Shown here: positions 37,563 to 47,510 of the stretch, one piece after another
How positions within the stretch are numbered: the stretch's first letter is position 1
Layout: the number at the start of each line of letters is the position of its first letter
DNA from: a virus
Lineage: Duplodnaviria; Caudoviricetes
Direction: 5' to 3' (one strand)
IMG/VR virus record: IMGVR_UViG_3300044841_000118
Span: 1 to 60,317 of that record
DNA length: 60,317 bases
Made by a program: the position numbers and the translations under genes
Notes under the pieces: model-generated
Told to the model about the DNA's origin: nothing
Seen by the model: the letters and a program-made list of their open reading frames with translations, nothing else
Databases searched by the model: none

Positions 37563-37984
37563 GAATCAGCTTACCCACTCCGCACGGGCCAGACGTGTGG
37601 GGCTACGCTGCGGGTGCCTATCCCGAAACACTGAACTTCTCGCTCGGGGTTGCAACCACACTCAAACTTATCCCCCGATGCGGTGCCGTCAGGGCCGATT
37701 TGCAGCGGTCTCTGCGGCAGGGGGTCCGGTACATGACCCATATCCGCCCTGCAAGGCGAAACTGCGAGTCAGAGGGAATCCGGAGGCACACTATGGGACC
37801 GTCTCTCCGGCTGCCATGGGATTGTCCTCCCCATCAAGGTCTTCGCGGCCGGCTTGCTCCCAGCTGTCTAGCCGGGTCCATTACGCGAAGCGCCGGGCTT
37901 TTGATCCTGCCGGCGACGGTGAAGCCGAGATGTCCCTCTCGACGGGAGATCCTCGATAACTAGTCGAGGCAGTTAAGCTGACCC
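37563..37984 (-). ncRNA. candidate ~420-nt structured ncRNA, family unassigned
   Basis: 11-bp end-closing helix, many hairpins, promoter box ~25 nt upstream, no minus-strand ORF in the track. Confidence 0.5.
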
Positions 37985-38062
37985 CTGAAGTAGGTGCCGC
38001 TACATACTTAGATGCGATTCTGCATGAAAATCATCACCCTATTTTCGTCCAGAAACTGGACA

Positions 38063-38082
38063 AGCCGCCAGGGTAGGCGGCT
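38063..38082 (-). terminator. hairpin after capsid operon
   Basis: AGCCGCC/GGCGGCT stem directly followed by the GTCC-N7-GGAC site; weak U-tract. Confidence 0.45.
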
Positions 38083-38107
38083 CATTCAGGGTGAGGGTTT
38101 TTGTGGA

Positions 38108-38617
38108 CTAGACCTGGTCGATCGTGAACTCGGTCACGGTCACGCTGTTGGTCGCCAGAGCCGCGCCGAACGTCGCCGAAGCAACGAACTGCAGGCCCGA
38201 CGGATCAACGACACCGGTCTGTGCCGTGGTGGCACCGAACGCCGTCAGAGTGCCATTGGTCTGACCCCAGAACATGCCGTGCACCGTCTGGGAAACAGCA
38301 TCCCAGCTCAGCTGCGCCGTCACGTCGAAGTTACCGCCGGCTACCGGAATGGCTGCGCCGGAGACGGTGAAGGCCGCAACCACGCTGTCACTGGCGAGCG
38401 TCGCGGAGTTGCCGCGATACAGCTTGATCAGCAGGGTGGCAGCAGTTCCGCCGGTGGCCTTGCCGCGGATGTTCACCGCGATCGAGGACACGCGGTTCTG
38501 CGGGGCGAGACCAACGACCAGAGGTGCTCCGACTGCATTCAGAATCGCAGTCTCCGTGGTCGAATTCAGCGCGAACGCTGGATTGTTGTAGATACCAGCA
38601 ATCGTGTTGTTATTCAT
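38108..38617 (-). CDS. capsid decoration/minor head protein
   Basis: follows MCP; beta-rich; A/T/G-rich. Confidence 0.6.
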   Translation of the reverse strand: MNNNTIAGIYNNPAFALNSTTETAILNAVGAPLVVGLAPQNRVSSIAVNIRGKATGGTAATLLIKLYRGNSATLASDSVVAAFTVSGAAIPVAGGNFDVTAQLSWDAVSQTVHGMFWGQTNGTLTAFGATTAQTGVVDPSGLQFVASATFGAALATNSVTVTEFTIDQV

Positions 38618-38706
38618 GGATGGAGCCTCTTTCTTTCATAAAGGGGGTGTAGCGCGCACCAAGGGAGGACCCGGATGCGCGCCGTGGGGTTGTGTGGGTT
38701 GCGAAA

Positions 38707-39690
38707 CTAGCTACCGGTCTGGGCCTGGATGCGGCGGTAGGTCATCGTCGCGCCGGGGCGCAGCGTGTTGGTGTACTTCACGTTGTACGACACCCAGCCG
38801 CCAATCTGACGGGCGGGATCGGAAACGCTACCGCTCTGCGGAGCCTCCTGCACCATCAGCTTGTAGTTCTTGTCGCCGGCCGCGTTCTTGCCCAGGAAGA
38901 TCGAGAAGATCGCGTCGTCGCCGAAGACGTAGGTGTTGTACTTCAGGACGGCGTCCACGGTGCCGCTCGGCGCGGTCGTGGTCTGCTTGAACTTCACGCC
39001 AGCAAACTCGATGACGTCGTTCTCGCCCAGGGGTCCGAGCAGCTTTGCACGGTCGCTGTCGCTGCCGCGCTTCAAGATGTCGGTCAGACCGTTCAGGCTC
39101 GTGTCGTTCAACACGTCCCGCACAGCAAACGGGTGGATGATGCCGCCGTAGCCGCCGTCGCTCAACATCGGACGGGCATTGACGTTGGCCAGGGACTGGA
39201 CAGCGCTGCGGATGCCGTTCGCGGTGAGGAAGGTGCCGTTCGCGATGTCGATGTTCACCGAGGAGTCCACGGAGACACCGGCGTCAGCGGTCAGCTGCAC
39301 CAGCTTGTTCAGGGTCAGTGCCAGGCGGTAGGCCAGTTCCTCAGAGAGGCTCTGCATCAGGCCGCCGTCGTCAATCGCAACGTCCATCGCCAGATCAGAC
39401 GAGTTGATGAAGTCAGCGTACTGACCGATCGTCGCGTTGATCGAGGTGGAGGTTTCGGTCACGCCGCTGCCGACAGTACCTTCGGCCGCCTGCGTGGTGT
39501 TGGAGCCCAGGAGGGCGTAGGTGAAGAACTGAACCTGGTTGCCGGACTTGACGGGAAGCGGCTTCTGCTTCGTCATCGACATGAAAGGCGTATTCGCCTT
39601 CAGGTTGGGAATCGACTTCCGCTCGTAGTGGATAGCAACCAGGTTAGGCAGGCTGCCGGAAGTCAGGATGGATGCTGGGGAATAACTCAT
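38707..39690 (-). CDS. major capsid protein (N4-gp56 family)
   Basis: LPVKSG..VQF...EGT...ATIGQYAD...IIHP...DP..QIG.WV. Confidence 0.9.
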   Translation of the reverse strand: MSYSPASILTSGSLPNLVAIHYERKSIPNLKANTPFMSMTKQKPLPVKSGNQVQFFTYALLGSNTTQAAEGTVGSGVTETSTSINATIGQYADFINSSDLAMDVAIDDGGLMQSLSEELAYRLALTLNKLVQLTADAGVSVDSSVNIDIANGTFLTANGIRSAVQSLANVNARPMLSDGGYGGIIHPFAVRDVLNDTSLNGLTDILKRGSDSDRAKLLGPLGENDVIEFAGVKFKQTTTAPSGTVDAVLKYNTYVFGDDAIFSIFLGKNAAGDKNYKLMVQEAPQSGSVSDPARQIGGWVSYNVKYTNTLRPGATMTYRRIQAQTGS

Positions 39691-39726
39691 GGGGAGGCTT
39701 GGTGAAACGAAAGGGATGTGGGGTTC

Positions 39727-40947
39727 TTAGCGCTTGGCAAACTGGCTCTGCCGAATACCAACTATTAGTTGGTCAACTTCGGCATCACTCAATTGGTCAA
39801 GCGACACGGCGGAGGGCGGCTCGTTGGAACTCGGGGCGGGAACGTTGGACGTCTCGCTCGGTCGAATGCCGAAGCCCACTCTCGGCTGACGCACGGCGCG
39901 AGAAGGCGCGGCGGCAGGTGAAACGGGTGCTGCAGGGGTCGGGGTGGGTGCAACTGCTACGGGTGCGGCAGGTGCGGCTGCGGGAGTCGTTGCTACTGCG
40001 GCCGGTCGGACCGGCTCTGCTGGTTTGGGAGCAACAGGCTTCACTTCGAGCAATCCGCTCTCGCGCAAGTCCTCGTATGCTTCATCAAGGTTGCTGACAG
40101 TCCACTCGCCGCTCCGGACCAGTTCTGTAAGGATCTCGTCCTGGTTCTGGGTGGTGAGTATCTTGCCGAGTTTGTGCTTCGCCACATAAGCGACCATCGT
40201 GCTGAAGTTCGCATCGCTTCTGTGGTAGTCCGGATGGCTGGCCACGAATGCCGTAGCAGTCTCCGTAAGTAGTCCTTCTTCACGTGCCTGAACACCGGCG
40301 TCCGCTTGCTGGACAAGGGTCTCGAGGCTACGGCCCGCTCGCTGTTGAATCCATTTCGTCAATGCGGCGTCTGGATTCTGGTCGAACTCGTGCTTGAGGG
40401 CAACAATCTGGTCAGCAGTCAGCGCCTTGGGCGCTACGATCGGCGCGACTGGCACAACCGTCTGCTGCTTGGGGGGAACACCGAGCTTCAATTGCCGGTT
40501 CTGTTCCCGAATCTTTTTGGTGGCGTTCAGTTTGGCGATCGCCAGCTGGTGCCACATCTCGTTCTTCGTGGCGCCGTAGAAGACTTCCTTCGTCGCACCT
40601 GGCGTGCCGAGGTCCAGCGTCGCCTTCCAACCGCGCGAGGTTTTCTCGATCGTGATAGAAGACCCGTCCGGGTTCTCCGTCAACTCGGGGCCTGCTGGCT
40701 CCGGATCTACCTGCACCGCGACGGGTTCCACAACCGGGGCTACGGGCTGAGCGGATGCAGCCACGGCGGCTGCTTCCTCTGCTTCGGCAGCCTCTGCTGC
40801 CTGCTGCTCCGCGAGTTGCTCGGCGGCCAGGGCCTCGATATCGCTCTGGAGGGTGGCGCGCTGGTCGTCGTGCTGAACCCGGGTGAACTCATCATCGAGC
40901 CACGGGTCGGAATGTGGGGCTGCAGGAACTACGGTCGGTGTGGACAT
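39727..40947 (-). CDS. capsid scaffolding protein
   Basis: between portal and MCP; acidic; Pro/Ala-rich; LDQLSDAE C-terminus. Confidence 0.7.
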   Translation of the reverse strand: MSTPTVVPAAPHSDPWLDDEFTRVQHDDQRATLQSDIEALAAEQLAEQQAAEAAEAEEAAAVAASAQPVAPVVEPVAVQVDPEPAGPELTENPDGSSITIEKTSRGWKATLDLGTPGATKEVFYGATKNEMWHQLAIAKLNATKKIREQNRQLKLGVPPKQQTVVPVAPIVAPKALTADQIVALKHEFDQNPDAALTKWIQQRAGRSLETLVQQADAGVQAREEGLLTETATAFVASHPDYHRSDANFSTMVAYVAKHKLGKILTTQNQDEILTELVRSGEWTVSNLDEAYEDLRESGLLEVKPVAPKPAEPVRPAAVATTPAAAPAAPVAVAPTPTPAAPVSPAAAPSRAVRQPRVGFGIRPSETSNVPAPSSNEPPSAVSLDQLSDAEVDQLIVGIRQSQFAKR

Positions 40948-40992
40948 GGGCCTCTCGTTAATCCAACGAAACGGTTCGGTGCTACGTGGGTG

Positions 40993-41361
40993 TTACAGAG
41001 CCTCGGGCGGAAGGCCGGAGGTGTTGGCGTGTGCTCGGCGAAGAACTTCCGGGACGGTGTGTCCCGCGTTGATCGCGTTCTGCACATCGCTGTCGAAGAA
41101 GTGCCGGATGTCGTCGGCCATCTTGGCCGCGGCGTGCGCTTGGGGAACAGCGGGGTCGCCGGGCAGGAGCTTGAAGAGTTCCTTGGTCGCGCTGTCCGCG
41201 TAGGCCTTGATCATGTTGCGGACGATCTCCCAGCCGGGTTGCTGGGTAAGGTGCTCCAGTTCCCTGCCGTTGTGCCACTGATCAATTTCGTACTGCTCTT
41301 CCGGGGTCAGTTCCGCGGCCAGTTTGCTGCCGAGGCGGAACATCATCTGATCGGGGGTCAA
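40993..41361 (-). CDS. conserved small protein downstream of portal
   Basis: L.QQPGWEIV motif typical of this position. Confidence 0.65.
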   Translation of the reverse strand: MTPDQMMFRLGSKLAAELTPEEQYEIDQWHNGRELEHLTQQPGWEIVRNMIKAYADSATKELFKLLPGDPAVPQAHAAAKMADDIRHFFDSDVQNAINAGHTVPEVLRRAHANTSGLPPEAL

Positions 41362-41468
41362 GCGTCCTCACCTTCGTGGCCGCAGGCATCGCAGACGTAT
41401 TGTTCGGGGAACTCGCCGCGCCGGAGAAAACTCGATCCGCAGCGTTCACAAACCTTTGGCTTGCTCAT
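41358..41468 (-). CDS. Zn-ribbon peptide (36 aa)
   Basis: MSKPKVCERCGS...YVCDACGH; fills the gap between portal and next gene. Confidence 0.6.
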   Translation of the reverse strand: MSKPKVCERCGSSFLRRGEFPEQYVCDACGHEGEDA

Positions 41469-41470
41469 GG

Positions 41471-43546
41471 CTACAGCGCGCTTCCGGCTCCTGAGCCGCC
41501 CGGTTCACCGGTCAGGGTGATGGGGCCGGCAGATGCTTCAATGGCGTGTCGAAGAACCTCGCGCGCGGCGCGCGCCATATTCTCCTGATCGGCCAGTTCT
41601 TCCTTGCGGTCGAACGAGTGATCCTGCAACTGCTGCATCGCCTGAGCTTTGGCTGCTGCGGCGGCCGCCGGCGAATCCGCCTGCGAGCGTTGCAGTTCTT
41701 CGGGGGTCATATCCACGATGACGTCGTAGTAGTTGCGCCATTCGCTGGTCTCGAAGAACATGCGCAGGACTTCCTGCATATTCACCTTCTTGCCGGCAAC
41801 CATGAGTTGCTGCGTGACCGAAGGCTGGGAGAGGAACTGTGTGATGATCGGCAGCGACTGCGCCATCGCGCGCCGTGCCTGCATCTTCGCTCCGGCAGAG
41901 ATCGAGAAGCGCACTTGCGCGTTCAGAAGATCGATCACCGTGCCGCCTGAAGCCAGATACTCGTGCTCGAGCTCGTCGTTCAGGATGTCGCGAATGCTGG
42001 AGACTGGCAGGAGAGCCTTGTCCATCTCCATTGCACGGAAGACGAAAGGCAGAAATACCTGGGTCGAAAACTTCTCGACGAAATCACCTGTCCGGTTACT
42101 GGACCCGGCTGACAGCAGACTTGCGCCGGCGGCGGTGCGGGCCAGGTTGGAGTGCCCGGAGGCTCCGGCTACACCGGATGTGCCTGCGTCGCCCGCGCCG
42201 GAGACAAGGTCAACTCGTCCCTGCGACATGGAGATGTGGGCTCCGGCTTCGGGAACAGCCGGGGTACGGGGCAGCGGCGCGAAACCGTTGGGCTCGTCAA
42301 CTTCGATGATCTTGCCCGGCGCGATGCGGATGGACTGCGTCGGAACGTTTTTGCCGCGGACGCGGACGAAGACGCCGTTCAGGTTCAGCGCGGCCTGGTC
42401 GAGCCAGACGTTGGTGATGCCCTGCTGCAGCCGCTGCTCGGATCCGATCAGCTTGCCGAGGCCCATGCCGTGGAAGGCTTCGGGCACATCCCACCAGTTG
42501 ACGCTCAGGTAGGGGATTACGCCGTAGGGGTTCTCGGTATTGCAGATGACCAACTTCTTCTGCAGGACGACGATGTATTTGTCGTTGTCCCAGCGCTCGA
42601 GCACTTCGAGCGGCTCGTTGAAGGGGTCAATCGTGGTGGTCTCGTACGCCGGCTTGGCCTGCTGTACGGCGGTGCCCATCGCAGTTTCGACGGACCCGGT
42701 GTCCTGCTCCGGCTCCTCCCGCGGCGGGAAGAAAAGCATGATCAGCTTTTCCTTCGGCGGAATCGTGAAGCCGGGACGATCGCGGAGTTTGTCCAGATCG
42801 TCGAATGTCATGTACATCCGCTCGACGACGTACTTCGCCTTGCGGATGTCGGGCTTGTCCAGCCCGGGGTCAACCATCACGCGGCCAAGGTTGACGATGT
42901 GCTCGAAGAACGGGCGATCGATCTGTTCCTCGACCGGCTCTATTTCAATGTCGTCACTCTCGATGGTGATCGGAGAGGCGTTCGGGTTACCGGTCGGGTC
43001 CGGAATCTGGATAGGCTGATTCGGCCGGACGTACAGTTTGCGCTTGCGGGTGTAAGACTCCCAACCCCACTTCCAGATGCCGGTGCCGTAAAGCGCGGCC
43101 TGGTGAATGCCGAGCCGGCACTCTTCGCGGAAGTTGATGTCTTCCAACTGGAACGCGAGCAGGGCGGACCATGCGCGGGCAGCCTGCGCGGTTGTCTTCG
43201 GCCGCTGCTGCACCATAAACGGAGGGGACTCGTAGAAGAGCCCGTTCATGATCTGGGGCACCAGTCCGTTGACGGCGGTGGCCAGGGTGTAGAAGGGGAC
43301 GTTGGCGCGCTCAACTTGCGTGCCTTCCCAGTTACGTGTCCCGTAGGGGGACTGGTACAGGGTGGAGGCGACGGTCCAACCGTTCACCCACTGCTTTGAC
43401 TTCTCATATGACTCAGCGCGCGCCGCGTCCTGCACCACCATGCGAAGCGCAGGGTCGTCGTCCCACACTCCCGTGCGGAGGAACTTCTTCGCTTCGTCTG
43501 GAGTGAGAGGGGCTTGCGGGTTGGGGCTTTTGGTCTCGAGCAGCAC
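41471..43546 (-). CDS. portal protein
   Basis: LYGTGIWKWGW, VDP, NPYG..PY, FHGMG, RTAAG; podoviral portal. Confidence 0.9.
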   Translation of the reverse strand: MLLETKSPNPQAPLTPDEAKKFLRTGVWDDDPALRMVVQDAARAESYEKSKQWVNGWTVASTLYQSPYGTRNWEGTQVERANVPFYTLATAVNGLVPQIMNGLFYESPPFMVQQRPKTTAQAARAWSALLAFQLEDINFREECRLGIHQAALYGTGIWKWGWESYTRKRKLYVRPNQPIQIPDPTGNPNASPITIESDDIEIEPVEEQIDRPFFEHIVNLGRVMVDPGLDKPDIRKAKYVVERMYMTFDDLDKLRDRPGFTIPPKEKLIMLFFPPREEPEQDTGSVETAMGTAVQQAKPAYETTTIDPFNEPLEVLERWDNDKYIVVLQKKLVICNTENPYGVIPYLSVNWWDVPEAFHGMGLGKLIGSEQRLQQGITNVWLDQAALNLNGVFVRVRGKNVPTQSIRIAPGKIIEVDEPNGFAPLPRTPAVPEAGAHISMSQGRVDLVSGAGDAGTSGVAGASGHSNLARTAAGASLLSAGSSNRTGDFVEKFSTQVFLPFVFRAMEMDKALLPVSSIRDILNDELEHEYLASGGTVIDLLNAQVRFSISAGAKMQARRAMAQSLPIITQFLSQPSVTQQLMVAGKKVNMQEVLRMFFETSEWRNYYDVIVDMTPEELQRSQADSPAAAAAAKAQAMQQLQDHSFDRKEELADQENMARAAREVLRHAIEASAGPITLTGEPGGSGAGSAL

Positions 43547-43613
43547 GAAGGGAGGGGGTAGAACGTTCGGGTAGCCGGCTCATGCGGGTATGCGCGCGCC
43601 GGCTACGCTCGGA

Positions 43614-44018
43614 TTAAGCTGCGACGGGAACCACTTGGACCTTCAGGATGGCAACAACCGCATTGACGATGTTCGAGATCGCGGCGTTGTCGACCTTCAC
43701 GCCCTCAGCACTCAGCAGCGAGGTCACGGTCGGGGAGACCAGTGAGATAACATCGGCCAGCTTCTGTGCGTTGGATTCGTTGGACTTCCCGACATTCGAG
43801 GCGGTGTACTTCTGCTCGACCTCGACAACCGCGGTCTGGATCAGATCGACGGCATTGACTACACCGGAGATCGCCGCAGACTGGGCTGGGAAGATCAGCG
43901 AGGCCAGCGTGACCGCTGCCGGCAGGTACTGCTTCGTAATCGCGAGACCTTTGGCGAAATCCTTGCCGACGATCTCAAGTGCGTTGACGATCTTGTGCTC
44001 TACGGACGAGAGGCTCAT
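43614..44018 (-). CDS. holin-associated membrane protein
   Basis: amphipathic; AVVEVEQ...QKL; next to holin. Confidence 0.55.
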   Translation of the reverse strand: MSLSSVEHKIVNALEIVGKDFAKGLAITKQYLPAAVTLASLIFPAQSAAISGVVNAVDLIQTAVVEVEQKYTASNVGKSNESNAQKLADVISLVSPTVTSLLSAEGVKVDNAAISNIVNAVVAILKVQVVPVAA

Positions 44019-44049
44019 GATGAGTCTTTCTGCGCTGGGGGCGCGGGTG

Positions 44050-44316
44050 TTAGCTGTCTTTCTGGAGGGCACCCAGAAGTCCCTTGGTGATCGCAGTGAT
44101 AAGAGCGACCACAGTACCCGTGCCGACATGACCAAGTGTTATCTCCTGCGAGGCCATGGCCCCCGTCACGACCAGGGTGATTGTGAGTAGGGCGCTCGCT
44201 GTCGTCTTCCAGTTCTTGACGACGCGGTCGAAAACAAACTGCACGGGCTTTTCCAAGGAAGGTGAACCGGGTGGCACAGGTCCGAAGAAATCAGCCTGTT
44301 GGGTGGGAGGCTCCAA
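44050..44316 (-). CDS. holin
   Basis: KNWKTT plus two TM helices plus C-terminal KD. Confidence 0.65.
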   Translation of the reverse strand: MEPPTQQADFFGPVPPGSPSLEKPVQFVFDRVVKNWKTTASALLTITLVVTGAMASQEITLGHVGTGTVVALITAITKGLLGALQKDS

Positions 44317-44396
44317 GCGGACAAGGGTCCGCTCAAAGAGCCGTATAACAGATTAGATGCAAATTACCTTGGTTTCGTTCACAAAATATTTTGTGT

Positions 44397-46382
44397 TTAT
44401 CCCCACATGCCGCCACCGAGGATGCTCGGCATACCAGGGCTCGGGGTCTCCGCATAGCACTCCGGCTCCGGCTCGAGGATTTCCTGAATCATCTGCATCG
44501 GGTTGCCCATACCAAGGCGCCCAAATGCATCCGCCGGCATCTCGCTCTCGGTCAGGTACGGTCCGTAGAGCAGGTTGTACTCCGGATCGATCACCACCTG
44601 CTGATCGCGCGGCGTGTCGGAAGCGGCAAGTAGCATCTGCGGAGCGTACCGCGGCTGCTGCGAGATTACGTCCGGGATGTCGTTGTGGCCAGAGTTGGAC
44701 AGGCAACGCTCGAACTCGTCGTAGAGGGTCTCGAGATGTGGCAGGTAGTTCGCCAGTTTCAGGCGGTCGTGGACGAACCAGGAGTGTAGCGCCGCCATCC
44801 GGATCTTCTTCGCACCCTTCTGGTTGTCCGGTGTGAACCAGTCGATACGCGCGCAGATCGAAATCACGTACGGGTCGTTCGTCGCCCGGGCGTGCATCAT
44901 GATCGCGGTGTGGATGAGCTCGGACCCGGCGGCTTTCTCGATGCCGATGATTGACGGCTTCCACTTCCGGGCGAACTCAACCACGGCCTTCGCCAGGTCA
45001 TCCGGCTTGTACCTCTGGCGCAACAGATCATGCACACACATGGTGCCGTCCGGTTTCCAGACGACGGAGGCCGCCGTGCTGAAATCCCGATTCTTCTTTT
45101 CTGAGAACGCGAAGTCCCACACCTGGGTGATCACGCCGCGCTCCGGCATATCGGTCGGCGGGATGGTGTTCTTCAGCAGCAGCGGGCGATCGAAGGTGAC
45201 CTCCGACGCTGGCCGCGGATTCTGGTTCATCTGCCCTTCGAAGAGGGCTTCGTCCATGGACAGGATCTCCATCAGGTAGGAGAAGTCCATGTACTTCGGC
45301 ATCAGGAACACGCATCCATCCGGACCGGCTTCCTGATACGTCACCGCTCGACCTTCCTGCTCGAGCTTCGCCACAACTTCTGGCTTTATCTGGACGGCCT
45401 TCGCAATGAGGATGAGACTCTTCGCTGCCCGGTTCGTCGTCAGAACCCAGCCAGGGCCACGCTCCTCCTCCACCACACCGACGCTGTTGATCTCGATCTC
45501 GCGGCCATGATGGTCGGCGTCGTGGTAGCGCGTGCCGATGTCGTCGAAGTACCCTTTTGGGACAAGCGTGCGCTTACGAAGGATGATCGCCTTCGAGACC
45601 TTCTTGCACTGCTCTTCGTTCTCGGAGTTGCGGTCAGAGACTCCGTCGTCCGTCTTGATGAGCTCGAAGTGCCAGCCGGCCGCGGTCGAGGTGACCGACG
45701 ATGCGAAGACGGTAGGCTCTTTGCGCTTGATCTGCTTGGCTGCCCACACGGGGCAGGTGAACTCGAACTGGTTGCCGAGGTTCTTCTCCTCTACACAGAA
45801 CTCGGGGAAGAAGAGGTTCATCATTGTGGGCGCGTCCGTCTTGATGACGAAGTGCCCCTTCAACTCGTCGAGCAGACCCATGGCGAGGTCGTCGGCGGCG
45901 GTCAGGAACCAGATGCGGATGGCCGGGAAGTTAAGGATCCACTGGACCGCGTCGATCACGTCACACGTGGACTTGAGCCCGCCGCGGGGCCAGAGTAGGA
46001 CGCGCGTCTTGAACTCGCTCTGCTCGAGCATTGGCTTGCTGTCGTCTTTCTGGACAAACAGCTTGCGGCACATCACCCCGTGACTCTCTTCGGTAATGCG
46101 GTTGTCGCTGATCGGCTTCCACCCTTCGTGGTGAGCCATCGTCTCCCAGCAGAAGAACCCCGCGAGGAAGATCAGGTCCTGCTTCGAGCGGCGCCGCACT
46201 TCTTTCCCCAAAGGGGAACTGGGGATCTTGTCGACCCCCAGCTTGGCGAAATTGATCAGGTCGGGCCGGAACGAGTCGAGGAACCCGTAGAGCACATCGT
46301 TTGGAATCGCTTGCGCGGACCCGTACGACTCGATCATCTCCTGGAACGGGTTGCTTTCCGTTGTCGTGTTACTGGACACCAT
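44397..46382 (-). CDS. terL: terminase large subunit
   Basis: PRGGLKST, GWHFELIKTDD, IGTRYH, WDFAFS..DFS, IGIEK, HNDIPD. Confidence 0.92.
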   Translation of the reverse strand: MVSSNTTTESNPFQEMIESYGSAQAIPNDVLYGFLDSFRPDLINFAKLGVDKIPSSPLGKEVRRRSKQDLIFLAGFFCWETMAHHEGWKPISDNRITEESHGVMCRKLFVQKDDSKPMLEQSEFKTRVLLWPRGGLKSTCDVIDAVQWILNFPAIRIWFLTAADDLAMGLLDELKGHFVIKTDAPTMMNLFFPEFCVEEKNLGNQFEFTCPVWAAKQIKRKEPTVFASSVTSTAAGWHFELIKTDDGVSDRNSENEEQCKKVSKAIILRKRTLVPKGYFDDIGTRYHDADHHGREIEINSVGVVEEERGPGWVLTTNRAAKSLILIAKAVQIKPEVVAKLEQEGRAVTYQEAGPDGCVFLMPKYMDFSYLMEILSMDEALFEGQMNQNPRPASEVTFDRPLLLKNTIPPTDMPERGVITQVWDFAFSEKKNRDFSTAASVVWKPDGTMCVHDLLRQRYKPDDLAKAVVEFARKWKPSIIGIEKAAGSELIHTAIMMHARATNDPYVISICARIDWFTPDNQKGAKKIRMAALHSWFVHDRLKLANYLPHLETLYDEFERCLSNSGHNDIPDVISQQPRYAPQMLLAASDTPRDQQVVIDPEYNLLYGPYLTESEMPADAFGRLGMGNPMQMIQEILEPEPECYAETPSPGMPSILGGGMWG

Positions 46383-46656
46383 CGAGGCCGCGTTCCTTGC
46401 AGTTGTATGGGCCGGAGCATCCGGGTAGCGTGCACTTGACTTCGTTCTGATCGACGGCGCAGTCGGACGGCTCAGGCTGAGGCGACGCAGAGACAACGCT
46501 CTTCGCCCACGCTGCCGCGAACTCGTTGACCGCGACCTTGCGCGCGGTGTTCAGCGCGTCGACCACATCGTTCGCGCGCACCAGCGTCGACTTGCCGTCC
46601 TTGAAGACGATGTTGTAGAGCTTGGACCCGTCTGGTGTAGCTGGTGAATACCCCAT
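46369..46656 (-). CDS. hypothetical protein
   Basis: coupled to neighbours. Confidence 0.6.
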   Translation of the reverse strand: MGYSPATPDGSKLYNIVFKDGKSTLVRANDVVDALNTARKVAVNEFAAAWAKSVVSASPQPEPSDCAVDQNEVKCTLPGCSGPYNCKERGLDGVQ

Positions 46657-46962
46657 TTACACCCCCTGGGCGGCTGCGACCGGCGGTGCGGCCGGCTGTT
46701 CCTGTTCTGCCTCGGGCTGGTCGCCCATGTGATCCGCGACATGCTGCTGCAATTGATCGACGTCGCCGACCTGATGCTCTTCCATATCAGAGCCTGACAT
46801 CGGGTCCTTCGGGTCTGGCTTCATGTGGTGCTCAACGATGAACCCACCATTCGCCGCGCGCCGGATGTTCATACGGTGCACCGACTTCTTGCCAGACTTC
46901 GACTTTCCCTTTTTCTTTTCGCCGCCCATAACCCGCTGGGCACGGCTACCTTTGCTGCTCAT
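46657..46962 (-). CDS. small protein with basic N-terminus and His-rich core
   Basis: GAGG RBS; IRRAANGGFIVEHH...EEH...LQQHV. Confidence 0.65.
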   Translation of the reverse strand: MSSKGSRAQRVMGGEKKKGKSKSGKKSVHRMNIRRAANGGFIVEHHMKPDPKDPMSGSDMEEHQVGDVDQLQQHVADHMGDQPEAEQEQPAAPPVAAAQGV

Positions 46963-46964
46963 GC

Positions 46965-47510
46965 TTAACCTCTTTTCGGAATCAACTTGATGGAGAGCGA
47001 CGTGTCCCGCGGGGTGATGCGGTTGACGTGCTGCGGAACGTAGAGGATCGGCGCGCCAGCGGCTTCGAACGCGGCCGTGACCAACTCGCTGCAGTACCAG
47101 CTGTTCGGGGTTCGCCAGTCGCGGTGGGCAAGGACGCCAAAGATCGCGGTGGTATCGTATGGCTTCCCTATCTGCTTCGCGACGAACCGCACCAGTTCCC
47201 GCTTCTGATCGGGGGTGACTTCAACCAGGAAGCGGTCGTCGAGTGAATACGGGGTGTACGAATCAGACCGGACTTGCACACCGTCGGAGTGACGCGCGCC
47301 AATCGTCAGGTTGTTATATAGGTTTCCTTGGAGTCGATGCAGAGATTCCCGCAGACCTTGGGAAGAGGATGCGATTTCTTTAAGACCGGCATCCCACTCG
47401 GGATCCAGAACAAACTCGATGTGCGAGTACTGGCTCCAGGTAATATCCCGAATCCCTGCGCTGATGAAATCGTGGCTCTCGGTGACGAGACGTACTTCTA
47501 CAAAGCTCAT
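46965..47510 (-). CDS. permuted papain-like amidase (YaeF/YiiX, C92)
   Basis: YSHIEF...QIGKPYD...WYCSELV. Confidence 0.85.
   Translation of the reverse strand: MSFVEVRLVTESHDFISAGIRDITWSQYSHIEFVLDPEWDAGLKEIASSSQGLRESLHRLQGNLYNNLTIGARHSDGVQVRSDSYTPYSLDDRFLVEVTPDQKRELVRFVAKQIGKPYDTTAIFGVLAHRDWRTPNSWYCSELVTAAFEAAGAPILYVPQHVNRITPRDTSLSIKLIPKRG

Noticed and set aside
37800-37840. RNase P RNA (GAGGACAATCC resembles GAGGAAAGUCC)
   Set aside because: The 3' ACAGAANNCGGCUUA element and P4 pairing are absent
37536-37985. tmRNA (5' GGGGTCA and 3' GGGCTCCA could give G3-U70 and A73)
   Set aside because: No canonical T-arm next to the 3' strand, seventh pair mismatched, and no tag ORF ending in Ala-Ala-stop
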